From contig JAUFOQ010000001.1 of assembly GCA_040285855.1 (NCBI GenBank), positions 496,001-560,000 of the forward strand: 64,000 nt of DNA. Reading direction: 5' to 3'. This stretch comes from Eukaryota sp. GEM-RC1. Taxonomy: Eukaryota. Below, piece by piece: positions 28,262-42,949 of this stretch. The position numbers were made by a program, and so were the translations under genes. The notes beneath the pieces were generated by a model that was not told the DNA's origin, ran no database searches, and saw nothing but the letters and a program-made list of their open reading frames with translations. Each line of letters begins with the position of its first letter. The stretch's first letter is position 1.

Positions 28262-29592
28262 ATGTCATTCTCGCTTCCCCCAGCAGAAACTCTTTCTATC
28301 ATTCTCGATGAACCCTCTTTGTGTAACCAAACCATTTCATTCGGCGGGGAATCCATCGAGGTGAACAAATCTGTCCTTGCTGTGCACTCAACGTACTTCC
28401 GATCCCTCTGGTTCTTAGAGTTTGGGGATAAACTTGAGAACCCCATCGACTTCTCCCATCTTCCCGTCGATTCCGACAACTTCTTCGCTTTCCTCAAGTC
28501 CTTCTTTGGAAAGTCATTCACCCTCAACGAAAGCAACGCCTATAACTTTTTCTACCTCGTCCACTACTTCCAAGTGGATAAACTCATTCACCACGTGGAA
28601 AACCACCTAAACACCCATCTTGTAACATGGGCTTGGTTAAAACCGTTCATTAAAGAAGCAAGTGAAAGAAATGACTTGAGAGCTCTGGATTTCATTGGTC
28701 CTTTCTTTTCCAAAATTGATGACCTGTTGATTGATGACGTGATGGCAATCACTACTGAAGGGTTTAAAACTCTTGTAAAATACTGCACTTGCACTGAATC
28801 ACTGTCGTGGTTTATTAAATCAATGGTGGAGTCAATTTTGAATCAAGATTTTGATTTCAAAGAATTTGTAAATGTTTTGAATTCTTTTTCAATTGAAGTT
28901 TTTCATATGAACAATGGAATCAAAAGTTGTTTATTCCTTTAAAAAATGTTGAAAAATTGGAACCCGATTTGATGAAGTTTTTGTTTACAAGAGTAAAAGA
29001 TCGTTGTGTGGACTCTTTAGTGAATGAAAACTGTAATTTAGTTTCGGATATTAACAAATTACAAAGTGAAATTGAAGAATTAAAGAAGTTAGCTGAAGAT
29101 AATCAAGCAAAAATGATTAAATTCTCTCAAACTAAGAAACATTCTGAGTTACAAGTTAGTGGGGATAGAAAGAGAGTTGTTGTTGGAAATGGTGATGATC
29201 TTGTGTATAGAAATATATTGGGAGAAGATCCACTTCTTCCAGGTAATAATTATACTTGGAAGTTGAGGTACCAGGGGACTACTGATTGTCTTTTTGTTGG
29301 AGTCATTGACGAGTCAAAGTTTAGTGTTGATGGTGATTGTTTTCAGAGTGCTCACTGTTTTGAAAATGATGGTGATCGCATTCATGGATCTTTTTCAGGA
29401 ACTCGTGCTCAATGGAATCCTGGTGAATTACTCGAAATCAATGCAAATTTAATTAATTACACTTTGACAATCAAATCCGTGAGTAATTCTTTAATTAATC
29501 TTACTGGAATTCTTCCCAGATTAAGTAGTGGTAATTATTATCCGTTTGCTTTGTCATGTTTTAGTAATCATGTACTTGAAATCGTTGAATAA
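28262..29592 (+). CDS. BTB/POZ - coiled coil - SPRY-like protein (copy 2, single frameshift)
   Basis: ORFs 28262-28942 and 28927-29592 join by adding one T at ~28900 (EVFSYEQWNQKLFIPLK). Confidence 0.88.
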
Positions 29593-29741
29593 AGTTGATT
29601 TCATTTTCATTGTGCTAAGTCTCCTCATTTAAAGTAGTAATCAACTTAACTTGTCTTGAAGCTAATTCATGTAGAAGACGTCAATTGCTCGAAAATGACG
29701 TCTCTGTAGCTATGATGAAATAACTTATTTTAAATTTGATA

Positions 29742-30210
29742 CATACATCTAATAATTATTATCCTCAAAGACAGATTGCATAACTGGAAATTCTTACATT
29801 ATTCTCATAATGTCTGTCAAGAGATAATAAAGCGCTAGATACGGAAGTCACCATACCTTTAGAAATAGCAAACTCAATTCGTTTTTTCCAAAATCTACAG
29901 TAACGTCAAACCTCAATATTCATATAGATTTCAAGTAAATAATATATTAAATATTTACAAACATCGATAGACATAACATCAGCAATAATGAGAGATCCAT
30001 CTAGGTCATGAAATATTACATCACCACGGCTATTTCCAAACAATTTGTCATCGTCCGTATCATCAAACAAACCAGCCAGAACTGATTCTAAAACGGAAAC
30101 TATTCCATAAGATTTCCACATATATACAATTGATCCCTATGCTGTTAGAAACATTCATTAAATTTGTGTTGCAAAAGTGGTATTTTTTCCTTAGCCATGT
30201 CAAGTCGATC
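29742..30210 (-). mobile_element. CRE-like non-LTR 3' fragment (copy 2)
   Basis: As 13725-14190. Confidence 0.7.
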
Positions 30211-30602
30211 ATTATAATCCAAGTTTTCGAAAATATTTGTTAGTTTTTGTTGTAATTTTTTCAGACAAAACTGAATGTGAGTCAGACATCTTGCAAGTAT
30301 TTCAGATATGTCAAAAGGTAATTTGATCAAGGCGGAAAGAATTAGGGTTAATAAGTGTATTAATAAGTGGATTGATGATGTACTAGCTGATAGTTGCGTG
30401 AACGTTGATCTAGATAGCATAGATTATTGATTACCATTATAAAATGATAATGAAGTTTGCAACGCTGATGTGGGGTGCAGAAGTGGCAGAAAGAGAGGAA
30501 ATTCTTTAAGTGTACCGGACACATTCTATCAGTGCACACTCCCCAACCATGTGCGTTTATTAAGAGGTGACTGCATTTAGTTAATACTATTAACCATTCT
30601 CC

Positions 30603-31466
30603 CAGGGCTGCCGAAAAATGAGGTGCAGTGCAATATATTGCAATAAATGTTATTGCAATACATTTTGGGTTTGCTTCACTAGTACAATTTTGTTGTTATA
30701 CTGGAGTTATTGAAATATTTGGACTCGAGTAATTCACAGCATAAGTTGGTCATTGTGTTCTTAGACTCTGTGAGGTAGTAGCATATATGACTATATGAAG
30801 ATCCAAATTGGGATGTTGATCCTAATTCTACATGACTTCATGTAAACAACCCAATACGAAAACATCCTCAAATCATTTCATATATTGGAACTTCCCTTTC
30901 AGGTAAGTAATGTAAAGATGCATATTTTCGCATCTTTGGGGAATGATCTCTTTCTGTCTTTGCAATTACAACAACATTGATGCCACTTGTTGAAGGGAAA
31001 CAATAGTTATGAATACAACAATACAAGGGATTCATAACTATTCTAAAGTCTTTGGCTAACATTGAGACGAGAACACCATTGATATGACACCATTCATTTG
31101 CTATCGTCCTTATATCCGACTTGTTTCACGATTGAATAGCGATTTCGGAGCTTGATCGGGTGATCTGTTTCTGTATTGTAGTCTTTACTTGTAGATTAAT
31201 CTCTCTTCATACAGGGACCGACTTTGCTGTAAAATTTGTTTCACCCCACAATAATTCTTCCTGCTTAATTAATGATATAAGATCACACTCAATGTACTCA
31301 CAGGAACATTGCTACCTGCAGTACGTCAATGTATTATCTCTGTAGAGTGTAGCAAATATTGCAATATAGTGCTGTATACTTATTGTAATGAGCAACAATA
31401 TCCAATAAATTTTCTGCAATATTGAAAACGTTTAATGTAGATTGCAATATATTTTTCGGCATCCTG
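30603..31466. mobile_element. Older hAT-type non-autonomous element (copy 2)
   Basis: As 14585-15446. Confidence 0.7.
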
Positions 31467-32659
31467 CATTATCAGTCGTTACAAACATTCAACAAAAAAT
31501 ACAACTATATCTATAAAGTACAATTTACTTTGCACAAACTTTCACAACGATCTATTAATAACACTGAAAATTGGAGAGTATCTTTTAAAGTCTTCATTCT
31601 CCTTAATATAATAGTATTCTTCCTCAGATGATAAAATGTATTTTGACTGTTCATAATCATTTTAAAAAAAAATCATTTACGAGAACTTGATGAGAGGGTG
31701 GAATTGTCTAGAATTCTATCAGCCCAACCAAAAATAATCTGATGCTAATAATGACATTTGACTTGTTGATTCTTGCATGTGTCAAATATGTGTAACATCG
31801 TTTTTCAATTTGGCAAAGTGCTTGTTTGCGTACCGTAATTGAAAGTGAATAAGACAGTATTGATCTAGACAATACCCTAATCTAATTGATGATATTAGAT
31901 AAAAATTGTCAGTTGCTTCTAGATTTGAATGAGAAAGACGTCTTATGAAAGAATGGTTTATAACATAATAAAATAAGCTGTGTATCCAAGTGGTGGTGTC
32001 ATTCAATGGAGACAGGAAATCTTGATCGTTTAGGACTTGACACCAAGCTAGTTGGTTTTCGAGTAATTGTAAAAAATTTAATTATGTCGAGCGTACGGTA
32101 ATCCAGACAGTGATTGGTTATCCTTAAATAAAACAGAACCCGTTGTCCAGTTTGAGTACGGACGGACTTTTGATTTTTCGAAAGTAACCGTAGAAACAAT
32201 TTGTGGTTGGGTAAGAATTGGTCTACTGCCTAATGAGTGAAAAAGAAGAAATTTGCGTTCAATAACTGTGTGGTTGCATACAACGTCTCACCCGCTGATT
32301 ACACTGCTTTTAAGAAAGTGTTTCAAAAAAACAAATCCGTTTCTTTGACATCAAACAATTACAGAATTGAATCCCATGCTTAGTGGACTAGATAACCAAA
32401 TCGTTGATACAAGGGACACGTGAAACCAGTCTGTAGTAAGCTGTGGAAAGCTGATAGTTGAAGAACTTAAAAATTGGTGTTATATTTGGTGTTCTCATGT
32501 AGTCGTTCTGTATTTTATATTCAGTCCTTATATTAAAGAGAGAATTTTAACAGTATCTTAAGTGCTTGATATATCACATTTTTCATATATATCACAATCA
32601 GCGTCCACAACAATGCCAACGCCATTAAAATGATCAGAAGTTGGGAGATGTGTATGCAA

Positions 32660-33075
32660 CAGTGTTCGAAGACACGCGTGGACACGTTTGGACACGGACA
32701 CGGTGTCATTTCAAAAACACGCAAAAAGACACGGCGTGTGTACGTGTTTTTCTGCAAAAACCTAGAAAACATCGGAAGTACCTTTAACAATAGACTACAA
32801 TGCTATCAAAAAGTGGCAAAAATACTGACACATTGCGCTCTCAATCAACTCGACAGAACCACAGAATCCAAGATTCAGTGGTGAGATGTCAGTTAAAGGC
32901 CAGAATTGGCCCAAAACAATGTTTGTATAATCAAACTCTGCATCATGGATCAGAAACTTTTTTTCAAAAAAACACGCAAAGACACCCAAAAGACACATCA
33001 AAGACGCCGTGTGGACACGCGTGTTAACAGCGACACGGTGTCTTTTAAAAAACATGTGGGAAATTTCGAACACTT
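32660..33075. mobile_element. Complete 416-bp hAT-type MITE
   Basis: TIRs cagtgttcgaa / ttcgaacactt; perfect 8-bp TSD gtatgcaa (32652-32659, 33076-33083); GACAC subterminal repeats. Confidence 0.9.
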
Positions 33076-33934
33076 GTATGCAAATGGTTAAGCAAGAAAT
33101 TTATTCGCTAACATTTCTGGTTTAACCATGTAAAACTATCACATTATTAATGATAAACTCCAGATAGACTTTACTTAATGGATATACATGCAATTAGGTA
33201 TTGACAATTTGTTGAGTACCTTTAACCGCACATGTTACCTAAGAAACAACTTCTAATTAACTTGAACAGTTGTTAACCAACAATACATAGCCAAGCATTT
33301 CATCTCCTAAAAAATTGCAACATTATGATCTTAGACAACCACATTACGATGAGATTATTCTAAGTTAATGTCACAAGTATCAAAATTTTTCAACATTTAA
33401 GGAGGACAAATATTCTTGTTTCATCAACTCATTGTAGTATGTTATAACTTGTTCCCTGAGTGTTATACTATAGTTAGATGGGTGTATAATGTAGATTAAA
33501 TGACACGTTCACATTTCATAACCAATGATTTAATTGACAACTAACAGACTCTAAACCTGTTAGTTAGTTATTTTAAAGTGTGTGAGTAGAAGTATGTTGT
33601 ATAATAAAACAAAAGTCTTAACGACATATATCTTGCTTAAGGCAATATATATTTTGCCTACTTGGAAATATGATAAGTTCACATTTCATAACCAATGATG
33701 GACGTGACGTCTACAACTTTCTAAACACGTTTTCCTACTGTTGCATGGGGTTTTGGCAAAAGCTTTGTGTATGAAGAATGGAGAATACAAAAACCTATAT
33801 TTCTACTCATGCATCTTACATTTATCAGGAAAAATAGTAACAATATATGAATGAAATTCATTTCTAGACACATACAATGGTGTCTGTTCAAAAATAGACA
33901 CTTAACAAATTTCTTCTCACACACACTTTACAAA

Positions 33935-35584
33935 ATGGATAGCAACCAAAGACAACATACTACAATTGCCCTGGAAAGCAGCTTTGCAAACCAAGAAGAC
34001 TTGGTCTATCAACACAATCTTTATACAGCTGGACAAAAAGAAGAACTCGTGTAGTGAACAGCAGCAAGAAACGCTGGAGTGTTAAATGCAAGACCAACAG
34101 CGATTGCAACTACCATCTACATGCATCTTCACGTCGTGATGACGGAGAGTTTACCATTACAGCTTTTGAAGAACACACTTGTCGTAGACTTGCTACTACT
34201 GCAACACTAACAGCCAAAACAGTTGGAAGATCGCAACTGGACGTGACAAACTCGACTCCTCTCTCCCCCACTTCACTCTCTCGAAAAGCCAAAGCATCTC
34301 TTGGTGTTGTTCTGACACCGAGTAAAGCTTTACGAGGTGTACAGGAACAGGAAAAATTGTTATTTGGTGATGCAACTGAATCGTATGCTTTATTAGAAAA
34401 GTACATCCCAGCTCTTCGACTGTCAAATGCAAATCACGTTGTACATTGCGAATTTCGGGAATTACAGGATGGTAAGAGGGAGTTTGACAAGATATTTTGG
34501 GCATATGGTCCCTCAATTGAAGGTTTTAAGCATTGTAGGAGCTTTCTTACAGTCGATGCTTGTCATATTAAAACCATGAACAAAGGCCATATGATGATAG
34601 CCGTTTCCCTGGATGCCGAGGGGCAAATTTTCCCAGTTGCATTTTCTGTGGTAGGTGGAGAGACGTTGGCCAATTGGCGGTGGTTCTTGAACCAACTAAA
34701 ATCAATTGTGGGAGAGCGGGAACTTACAATTGTGGCTGACCGAAACAGTGGACTTCAGACAGCACTCAGTGAAATTTTTGTTGATTGTCATGTGGCCTAT
34801 TGCCTAGAACACTTAAAGGCAAATGTCAGAAATAATGGAGGTGGGACTATTTGTTCTTATTTACGGAAGGCTGCAGAGTGTATTACAGAGGAAGACCTGA
34901 CAAATGTTTTGGAAGAGATGAGAGCTATTTCACCTAGAGGCTATGCATACGTACAGAAGCTGGATTTTTCCAAGTTAATTGATGTTAGATTCCAAGGAAA
35001 CCGATATGGACACTACACATCGAATATATAGGAAAGTTTTGAACGCATGGATCAACAAAGAAAGGAAAATGCCGATTGTGAAGAGCATGAAATGGATGAG
35101 ACGACGTCTAATGAAATGGTTTTATGAAAGGAAGAAAAGATCGTTGACTATGAATGGTGTGTTAGTTGACAATGTTGAAAAGAAGGTGAGTCAAATTGAC
35201 GATGAAGCTAGAAGGTTAACTGTACTCCATAGTAGTGATACCATCTTTGAAGTTTTGAGTTTTCCACCAAGGATGGTGAATCTTGAAGAAAGATTCTGCA
35301 GCTGTGGAGAATGGAAAAGAACAGGGATTGTATGTGTTCATGTGCGTGCGGTGCTGTTAGCTCAAAGACTGGATTATAGTGAGTTTTGTGAAGAATTTTA
35401 TACCACAAAACAATACTGTAAAACTTATGAAATTGGTTTGATGCCAATAGCTTCTCGTCAGGAATGGGTTCCGGAAAATCTTGATGAACCCGTATTGCCA
35501 GAACTTCAACCTCCTACAGGCAATAGACAGTCCGGAAGAGGACGAAGACAAGTGAATCGGCGAAGAGGGCTAGGAGGAAGATGA
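33935..35584 (+). pseudogene. MULE/MuDR transposase, disrupted (copy 3)
   Basis: Same motifs and the same TAG/frameshift, with several private substitutions. Confidence 0.92.
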
Positions 35585-36177
35585 ATGTGTTATTGATGTT
35601 GATATTGTTGTACTATGTACTATAGTCTTTAGATGTTCAGATATGTATAAATCTGGTTTATTGTGATTTAAATAGAGACATCTTGATATCGAAAACAGCA
35701 GGAAATACAAAGAAAGATAACAACAGAACCAATGCAGCAGAAGACTTGATCTTCACAGTGTCTATATCTAAACCCTCTCTAAAAAAAGGTGTCTATAATT
35801 GTGTAACATTGAACGTGTGGTGTCTATTTTTGGCAGTGTGGAAATCAGGTGTCTACTTGTGCAGTTGTCCCACAATATATTTGTTTGTGGGTATTGGAAT
35901 TATTCTGTATTACTTGTTCTGGTCGAGTACCCAGACCCCCTGTTGTTCCGTCAAATGATCTTCAAGAACAGGCTGACGAGAAACATACTCAACTCCTAAA
36001 GCAATACCAAGAAGCTATGGAAAAGTTCAGCCTCTGAGTCAAAAACCCGCTACTTCTTGAAGAACCAATCCGAAGTACTGAACCTCTGTCAGATGTTTAG
36101 AAGAAAGTACACATATGAACTAAGAGAAATCTTTATCTATATGGGAAGTAAGAAGCAGGAGAAGAGTAATACGCGGC

Positions 36178-39100
36178 TGTTGAGAATGTTAGCTTCCACT
36201 ACCCACAATACTGAAGACCCATCAATATATGTTCAGACTTTATGGGATGCTACATTTCCTGTGTATTATGGACAGCACAAAATCTATGCAGAGATACACA
36301 TGCACATGATCCCGTTATACATATATAACTGGGTCAACAGTCTTTCAAGTCCTGTTTGTTGTCAGCTTAAGTGCGATCCTCACGTTCTGCCCTGTAACCA
36401 TGATCTTTTCGTTGTTGCTTCTTTTTTCTTCTCCTTTCCCAGTTTTTAAGGTTGGTGGCAATCAAACCTTTACTCGTTCTACAGTCAATATGACCACCAT
36501 CGACTGTTCTACTTTTCTGTCTCTTTCGATGATTTCCATTACTCCTATTCGAGCTGCTGCTAAATCGTTAATTTATCAAATGAAGCAGGCCGAAAAGCCT
36601 GAGCTGCTCATCCCTGATACTTCTATTTCTTACTTGTGTTTCTTGTAGAACTGGTCAATCGTATCGATACATTTCAGTCCATTCACGATCTCCTTACGAG
36701 TGTCAAAGAACTTTATGACCGTTGCCAAAATGACTTCAAGCAATTTTCTACGGTAATATTTACCATAACAAAAAAACACGTGTACAAAACGATTAAGGAC
36801 TATTTGACTGTTAATCAGTACCGAGTCGCTATGGATGAGCCCGAGTTATTGTCCAGTCCTTTAACTGCTTAGCATCACTATCACTATGACTTTACACTCA
36901 ATTTATAACATTATGACCTCAAGCTAAAGGCCACCACGATCTAGAAAAACTTTAAGGTTGAAGTTCTGAATGGATAAAATTCCTTCATCCATCGAACAGA
37001 AATACAAGAAGACGAATTGGACAAAGCAAATACTCAAGCAAAGTCTTGAATTTGAGTTACCACAGTGAAATTTTGAAGGGAAATTCAGCGTGCCATTTTT
37101 TCTTCTTCCCAGGTTCCCCAAGCGCCTTCTTATGGAAGATTTGCGTATACCTCAGCCCCGAGACTCATTCCCTCGATATCCCCAAAGAAAAGCCCTCCTC
37201 CTCTGCGAAAGAGAAGTCCTCGCTCGATTTCGACAGCGAAGAGTTATCCGCCCTAGCCCAACGCGCGAACCTCACCGAAGTTGTATGTGACCCACAATGC
37301 CCATGAACTTCCACGCTTACATTTCACATGGAGTCATAGATCTCCTAAAGATGACTCTTCCCTCCGCTCTCTCATCTCAACCCGAGTTGTGGGAATATCT
37401 CATCTCCCTGACACTCTGCTCTTCTGATTCTGAAGCTCGCTCTCTCCTATCCTCCCTTTCTACGGATAACTCAATGCATTCACCAACCACTCGCCTAAAC
37501 AAATACCTCCTCGACTTCCGCCTCACAATCCCTAGATGCCGCCACTGCATAAACAAGCTATCCCCCGTAATAGAGTCCTTCAATAAGGGTATTTCAATCC
37601 GCTCAGTGAATAACGCTCTTTGGGATGAATTCAAATGTGGAAACATCACCGACCTTGGTGACCTGGTTCGCTTCACAATGAAAACCTTCGAACATCTCAA
37701 TGCTCTCTCTTGGACTTTGGCAATAAGACCTCCAATCCTCCTCGCAACAACAGGATCCCTAAGAACTTCACAAACTGGCCTCGACCCCACTCCGATTACG
37801 GAACTCCTTCTTCAAGACCATTTTCATCACTCTCAAATTCCAAATCTCAAGATTTCGAAACTCGATCCCCCTCAACAATGGTACCCCTTCTGAACGCTTC
37901 TGCAACTACTGTAAGAAATCCGGCAATACCATCGACTTCTGTCGAGATCCCGACTGTAATCGAAGCAAATTCTCTAACACTTCACCTCAAACAAAGAAGA
38001 AACCGCGAAACCCCACGCTTAACAGAACCTACAGCACCAGACACAACTCTGTTCCCCGTTAAACTAACCTTGTCGCTAAAACTCACAATTCTGAAACCGA
38101 CTACCCTTCAGAAAACACTCCAATTGAGTTTGACTTAGAATTCCCAAAATTCTTCAACAAACCTTATCCAGGATCGAATACGTACACAGTCACTAACTCT
38201 TCTGATAACTTTATCCCTCACCTGAATCGCCCTAACAAAGTCTCTTCATCATCCAATCTCTCTCCTGACATCATCTCTGTTCCTGATGAAATAGTCTCCC
38301 CGTCGAATCGAAGCAAGGACGCAAGTATTGGCTACGAACGACCTCACGCTTCGAACGCAGTTCTTAGCACTGGCGCAAACGATCAAATGTTTGAGAACCT
38401 GGATTCTGAGACTATGTTCAAAACTTCTTCTCCTTTCCCCTTCGATTTAATGAAACAAAAATTTCAGAAATCCTAATCAACAACACCCTTATCCTAGCCA
38501 CAGTTGACTGTCAAACGAGTTGCTTCACCTCTGATATAGCTAAGACAACCAACTGCAGGGTTATCCCGTCACCTCTCTCCTTCACCCTGTCAGACGGCAA
38601 GACAGCTAAGTGCTCCGGTAACGCCCACTGTACTCTCACCTTTTGCTTCGATAGACTGATCTCCGACTCAGTACATGTTAGGACATCTATTCCGATTATC
38701 CCAGGCAAAGCTCAAGTCCTGATCAGGGTTGACATTCTAAAGAGACTAGGTCTTCTTAAAAAGAACGGAATCATGATCAAACTTGACGAAGATCACAAGC
38801 GTATCCTTGACGCTGAAGCATCCCACAACCCATGTCCCTAACTCCTAAGGTAAGATCTACCATAGTAAATGAACTCACAACCAGTGAGCTATCAGATTGC
38901 CGCATCACACTTCCCGACAATCATAAACAGCTCTTGGTAAACCTCATGAACTTTTATCATGATATTTTTGGCTCACCCCGCCCTTTGGGCATAGATTGAC
39001 CAGCAATGCCATAAACTTTTACAACGAAGAAGAAAATTGTTTTATAAAAGGCCGCCCCTTGCACCTTGAGAAACTTCTAATTGCAAACACCTAATTAAAG

Positions 39101-41624
39101 ATGGCTTCGCCGAAGAAGCTACTCCTGACTTCCCCTACTCTTCCCCCATCGTGTTAGTCCTTTACCCCGATGGCAAAAAGCCCAGATTGACTGGAAACTA
39201 TTCCGGATCCTTAGGAATGAATTAATTCATTGACCAAACCACTGGACGCAAACCTGCCACGTTTCTCACATATTTCGTCCTTTCTGTCAAAAGCAAACTT
39301 CAATGCAACTTTAGACCTTTCCAAAGGTTTCTGGCAACTTGCCCTAGACGAAAAGGACTACCTAAAGACACTTTATCCATTCCAAGCTGCTCCATCTACT
39401 TCAGAAGAGCAGTCTTTGGCTTAAAGAACGTACCAGTGTTCTTCCAGAACGGTATGGAAAACCTCTTTAAAATGCCCAACGTTTTCATTTACATCGAACT
39501 TTAACTAAAATTTCTCACTAGCTAGATCCCACCGAATATGATTCGGCCTCAAAAATTGTGGCTTCGTAACCTGTTCTGACCCAATCAAGATCATTGGCGC
39601 CGTCTTCCAGAACAAACAACGATCCATTGACCCGGATAGGATCTCCGCCATCTCAAACCTGCCAATGCCTACGACTATCAGTGAACTACGCTCCTTCATC
39701 GGCTCCGTAAACTACTTAATGGATTGAATCCCTCAATTTTGTGGCTTAGTCCAACCCTTGTCTAACTTAACCAAAAGGACGAAACAGATAAACGCTCCGT
39801 GAAAACAAAGTGGAACTCTTCTTACACGAGAAACTTTATTAAAATTTCCAACACCTTTGCCATAATCTGTACTCTGAACCAGCCCGAAATGGTCAACTTC
39901 TTAATGACACGATTTTCTGTGACCATAAGAATATCGTCTACTTAATCAACCAGCCGGAACGCAATTGCATTGTAACTCGCTGGATTCCTCTACTGTCCAA
40001 CTTTTCTTTCGGAATCATTCACGTCGAAGGTCCAAACAACGTATTCGCCGACCTCCTTTTCCGTCTAACGCCCGCTAACCCCAGCTTAGAATCGGAATTA
40101 CCTGAAACTTCAACATGCTTTAGCTTATTTTCAATCGAACTCTACGACACTGAATACTACTTTGACGAAACCCCAACAAAAACCGAATGCCACAAGTGTG
40201 GTGAACACATGCTCTACTTAACCATGCCCGACCACATACCCTGTGAAGGCCCATACTTCGCATGCAGAAACTGCCTCAACAAATAAGAACCCTATGAAGT
40301 TTATAACGATGACAAACGCAGAGCCCTGCTTCACTTGTACCCGAAAGAAGACACACCCATCAAAGATTACTGTGGCATCTTCCAGCTAGACAAAGCAGGC
40401 CCTCGGAAATACATTGAACGCAGAGATGACCACATCAAAGAACTATGCTTCCGCTTCGTAAAGGAAAAGGTCTGATCAGAAACCTGGAGAAGAAGAACTC
40501 TTCACTAAAAAAACTAGTAGAACCTCCTACCAACATCAAAATAATAGAACCAGAATCGAAAATTCCATGTGGCCACTGCAGCCACGGAACCACCGAATTA
40601 GAACAACAGCCACCACCAAGTAACCACATATTAAGAACGACTGGTCTGCCACAGTTGCAAGAAATATACAATCGATCAGTTGCTAACAGAAGCTAAAGAA
40701 AAACCAAAAACTCTCATGAACAGCTCCTGTCTTACGATGGTACAGGCCCCCCTGTGTGCTACTCATCGACAGATGACTCCCCCTTACGATTCAAAAACTC
40801 AAGACACAGCCTGGCTCGACACCCTGCGCACTCATTAGCAACTAGAGCTAAAAGACTCCAGCTACAGATGCTCCTGGGACGCCGAAGCTCAAATGTTTGT
40901 CACCCCTGATAACAAGATCCTCTTTCCCGAATCTCTAAGAAAAGAAGTAATGTGGAACTTCCACGGCTACGCTCACTGTGGACATTCAGCCTTCTGGCAA
41001 TGTCTCAAGGACATTAAAAACAGCTGCTACTCTTGGCCAACTCTGGAAACTGATGTAAAAATCACATCGACTGTTGCCACTCTTGTCAGAAGATCGCCCC
41101 AGCCTCCAAGACGACAGCCCAATCAACCGGATCCCTGTTTGCAATGAAGCCGTTCGGCAATAACCACGCTGATACTATCGGACCCTTGCCCAACGGCCAA
41201 CCTGAGAAACAAGTACGTGCTTGTATTCGTAGACGCCTTTACGAGATACACCATCTTATGTCCCTCAGACAAAATCTCCTCTACGAACTCAGCATATTGT
41301 CTTATAAACTCTCTATGCACCAACTTCGGCATACCGGACACGATCCACTCAGACAATGGACTTGAGTTTTGTAACGCCACATTTAAAGCATTATGTGCCT
41401 TTCTGAACATAACCAACTCCTTTTCTCTCCCTCACCACCATCAAAGTAATGGCCTGGTTGAGCAGAGAAATCGAGAAATCAACTAAACTCTGAAGAGATT
41501 TCTCCTAGACTTAAACGACTACCAAAACTGGTCGACACACCTGCCTATGGTGCAGCTGATGATCAACAATCAACGCCACTCAGGAACCAGATGCACCCCA
41601 TGGGAACTAATGTTTGGACGCTCA
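36178..41624 (+). mobile_element. Degenerate Ty3/Gypsy element (copy 3; candidate LTR 36178-36339)
   Basis: As 3947-9395. Confidence 0.92.
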
Positions 41625-42949
41625 AATGGTTTGGATTGATTTTCTCAATCGTTTTGATTGCATTACAGGCCTTTTCCTGATTTAGTTGTTAATAAATTCA
41701 TACTCATTGTCTGTTCTTGTTCTGGCAGCATCAAAAACAAATTGGCGAGCAACTTGAATCTCTTGACCAGAGAGGTTATAGTACCATAATTTTGAGTCTT
41801 CGAGTGTTTGGTTCATTTGTCAGTCTCTTTAAGGTCATAATGCACATATAAATATAGATCCAGAAATACAAACATATCTACAAGCCTCACAAGCAACATA
41901 CATTCACCGTCCGTTTGTTCTTAAGTTAATGAATAAACTACACTCAATATGCCAGGATTGACTATGATTTTGTTAGAAGAAGAAGACCCCAAAGATTCTA
42001 TTGTTATTAGCACTTTTTCTGAGGTATATCGAGTTGCTCCTTCCAATAATGATGAAATCACGTTACGTTTTCAGAAACTGTCGGTTAAATTGATCGTTGA
42101 AACCCTTTTTAAGACCACAAAAGAACTTTTTGTAATGTTTTTGAAATAATATTGTCATAGCGTTTATTGTTCAACAAGTGCAAATAAAAATGGAGCTTGT
42201 TCTTCACCAGTGAACTGAAGTTTTCAATACCAGCTGTAGATCCCAATTGGTTCACAATTCAGGTCAGCAATTGAATTGTTTAGTTGTACCTTATGTTTGA
42301 CAGTGACAAAACCAAAATCCACAAAGTTGTACAATTTGTTTCATCAAAATCAACAAGGTATTTTTGGGTTTCAACTGTATAAATACAATAAATTTCAGAA
42401 ACTACAATTTGATAAGAGCGAAGCAACACCCATCGATACCAAATTTTATCACAGCTTTACCGTCATTCAAAGAACTCATTGCTATTAACGCTTTGGAAAC
42501 AACAAAGGGAATTGTTTTTCCAAACTTGAAAAACTATTTAATCATAAAGTATGATTCAAAACGTTTGTTTATCTCCTCTTCAAAAATCCCCACAATGTTT
42601 TCAGAAAATGTATTCAAAATCTAAAAAAAGTCAACTCTGTCATAAGAGACCACAAATGAACTCATGGCAAATAATGATGTGATTCTTACAATTCTCTTTA
42701 TTTGATACACTGTATCTTCCTTTTTTCACTATTAATCTTTTGGTCTCCCAAAACTCTCCTAATATATCATATCTCTTTCTGACGTGACCTGTTCCTATTC
42801 TATGAACTCTATCACTTTTATTACACTGGTCGTCAATTAATTAACTTGACCGCGTTCTACTTTCTCCATTAGAGAATACAAGATGGACATGAGCATTACG
42901 AAATTCAGTTGATAAGTTGAGTAATTCTATAACATAACCTATGTTATTA

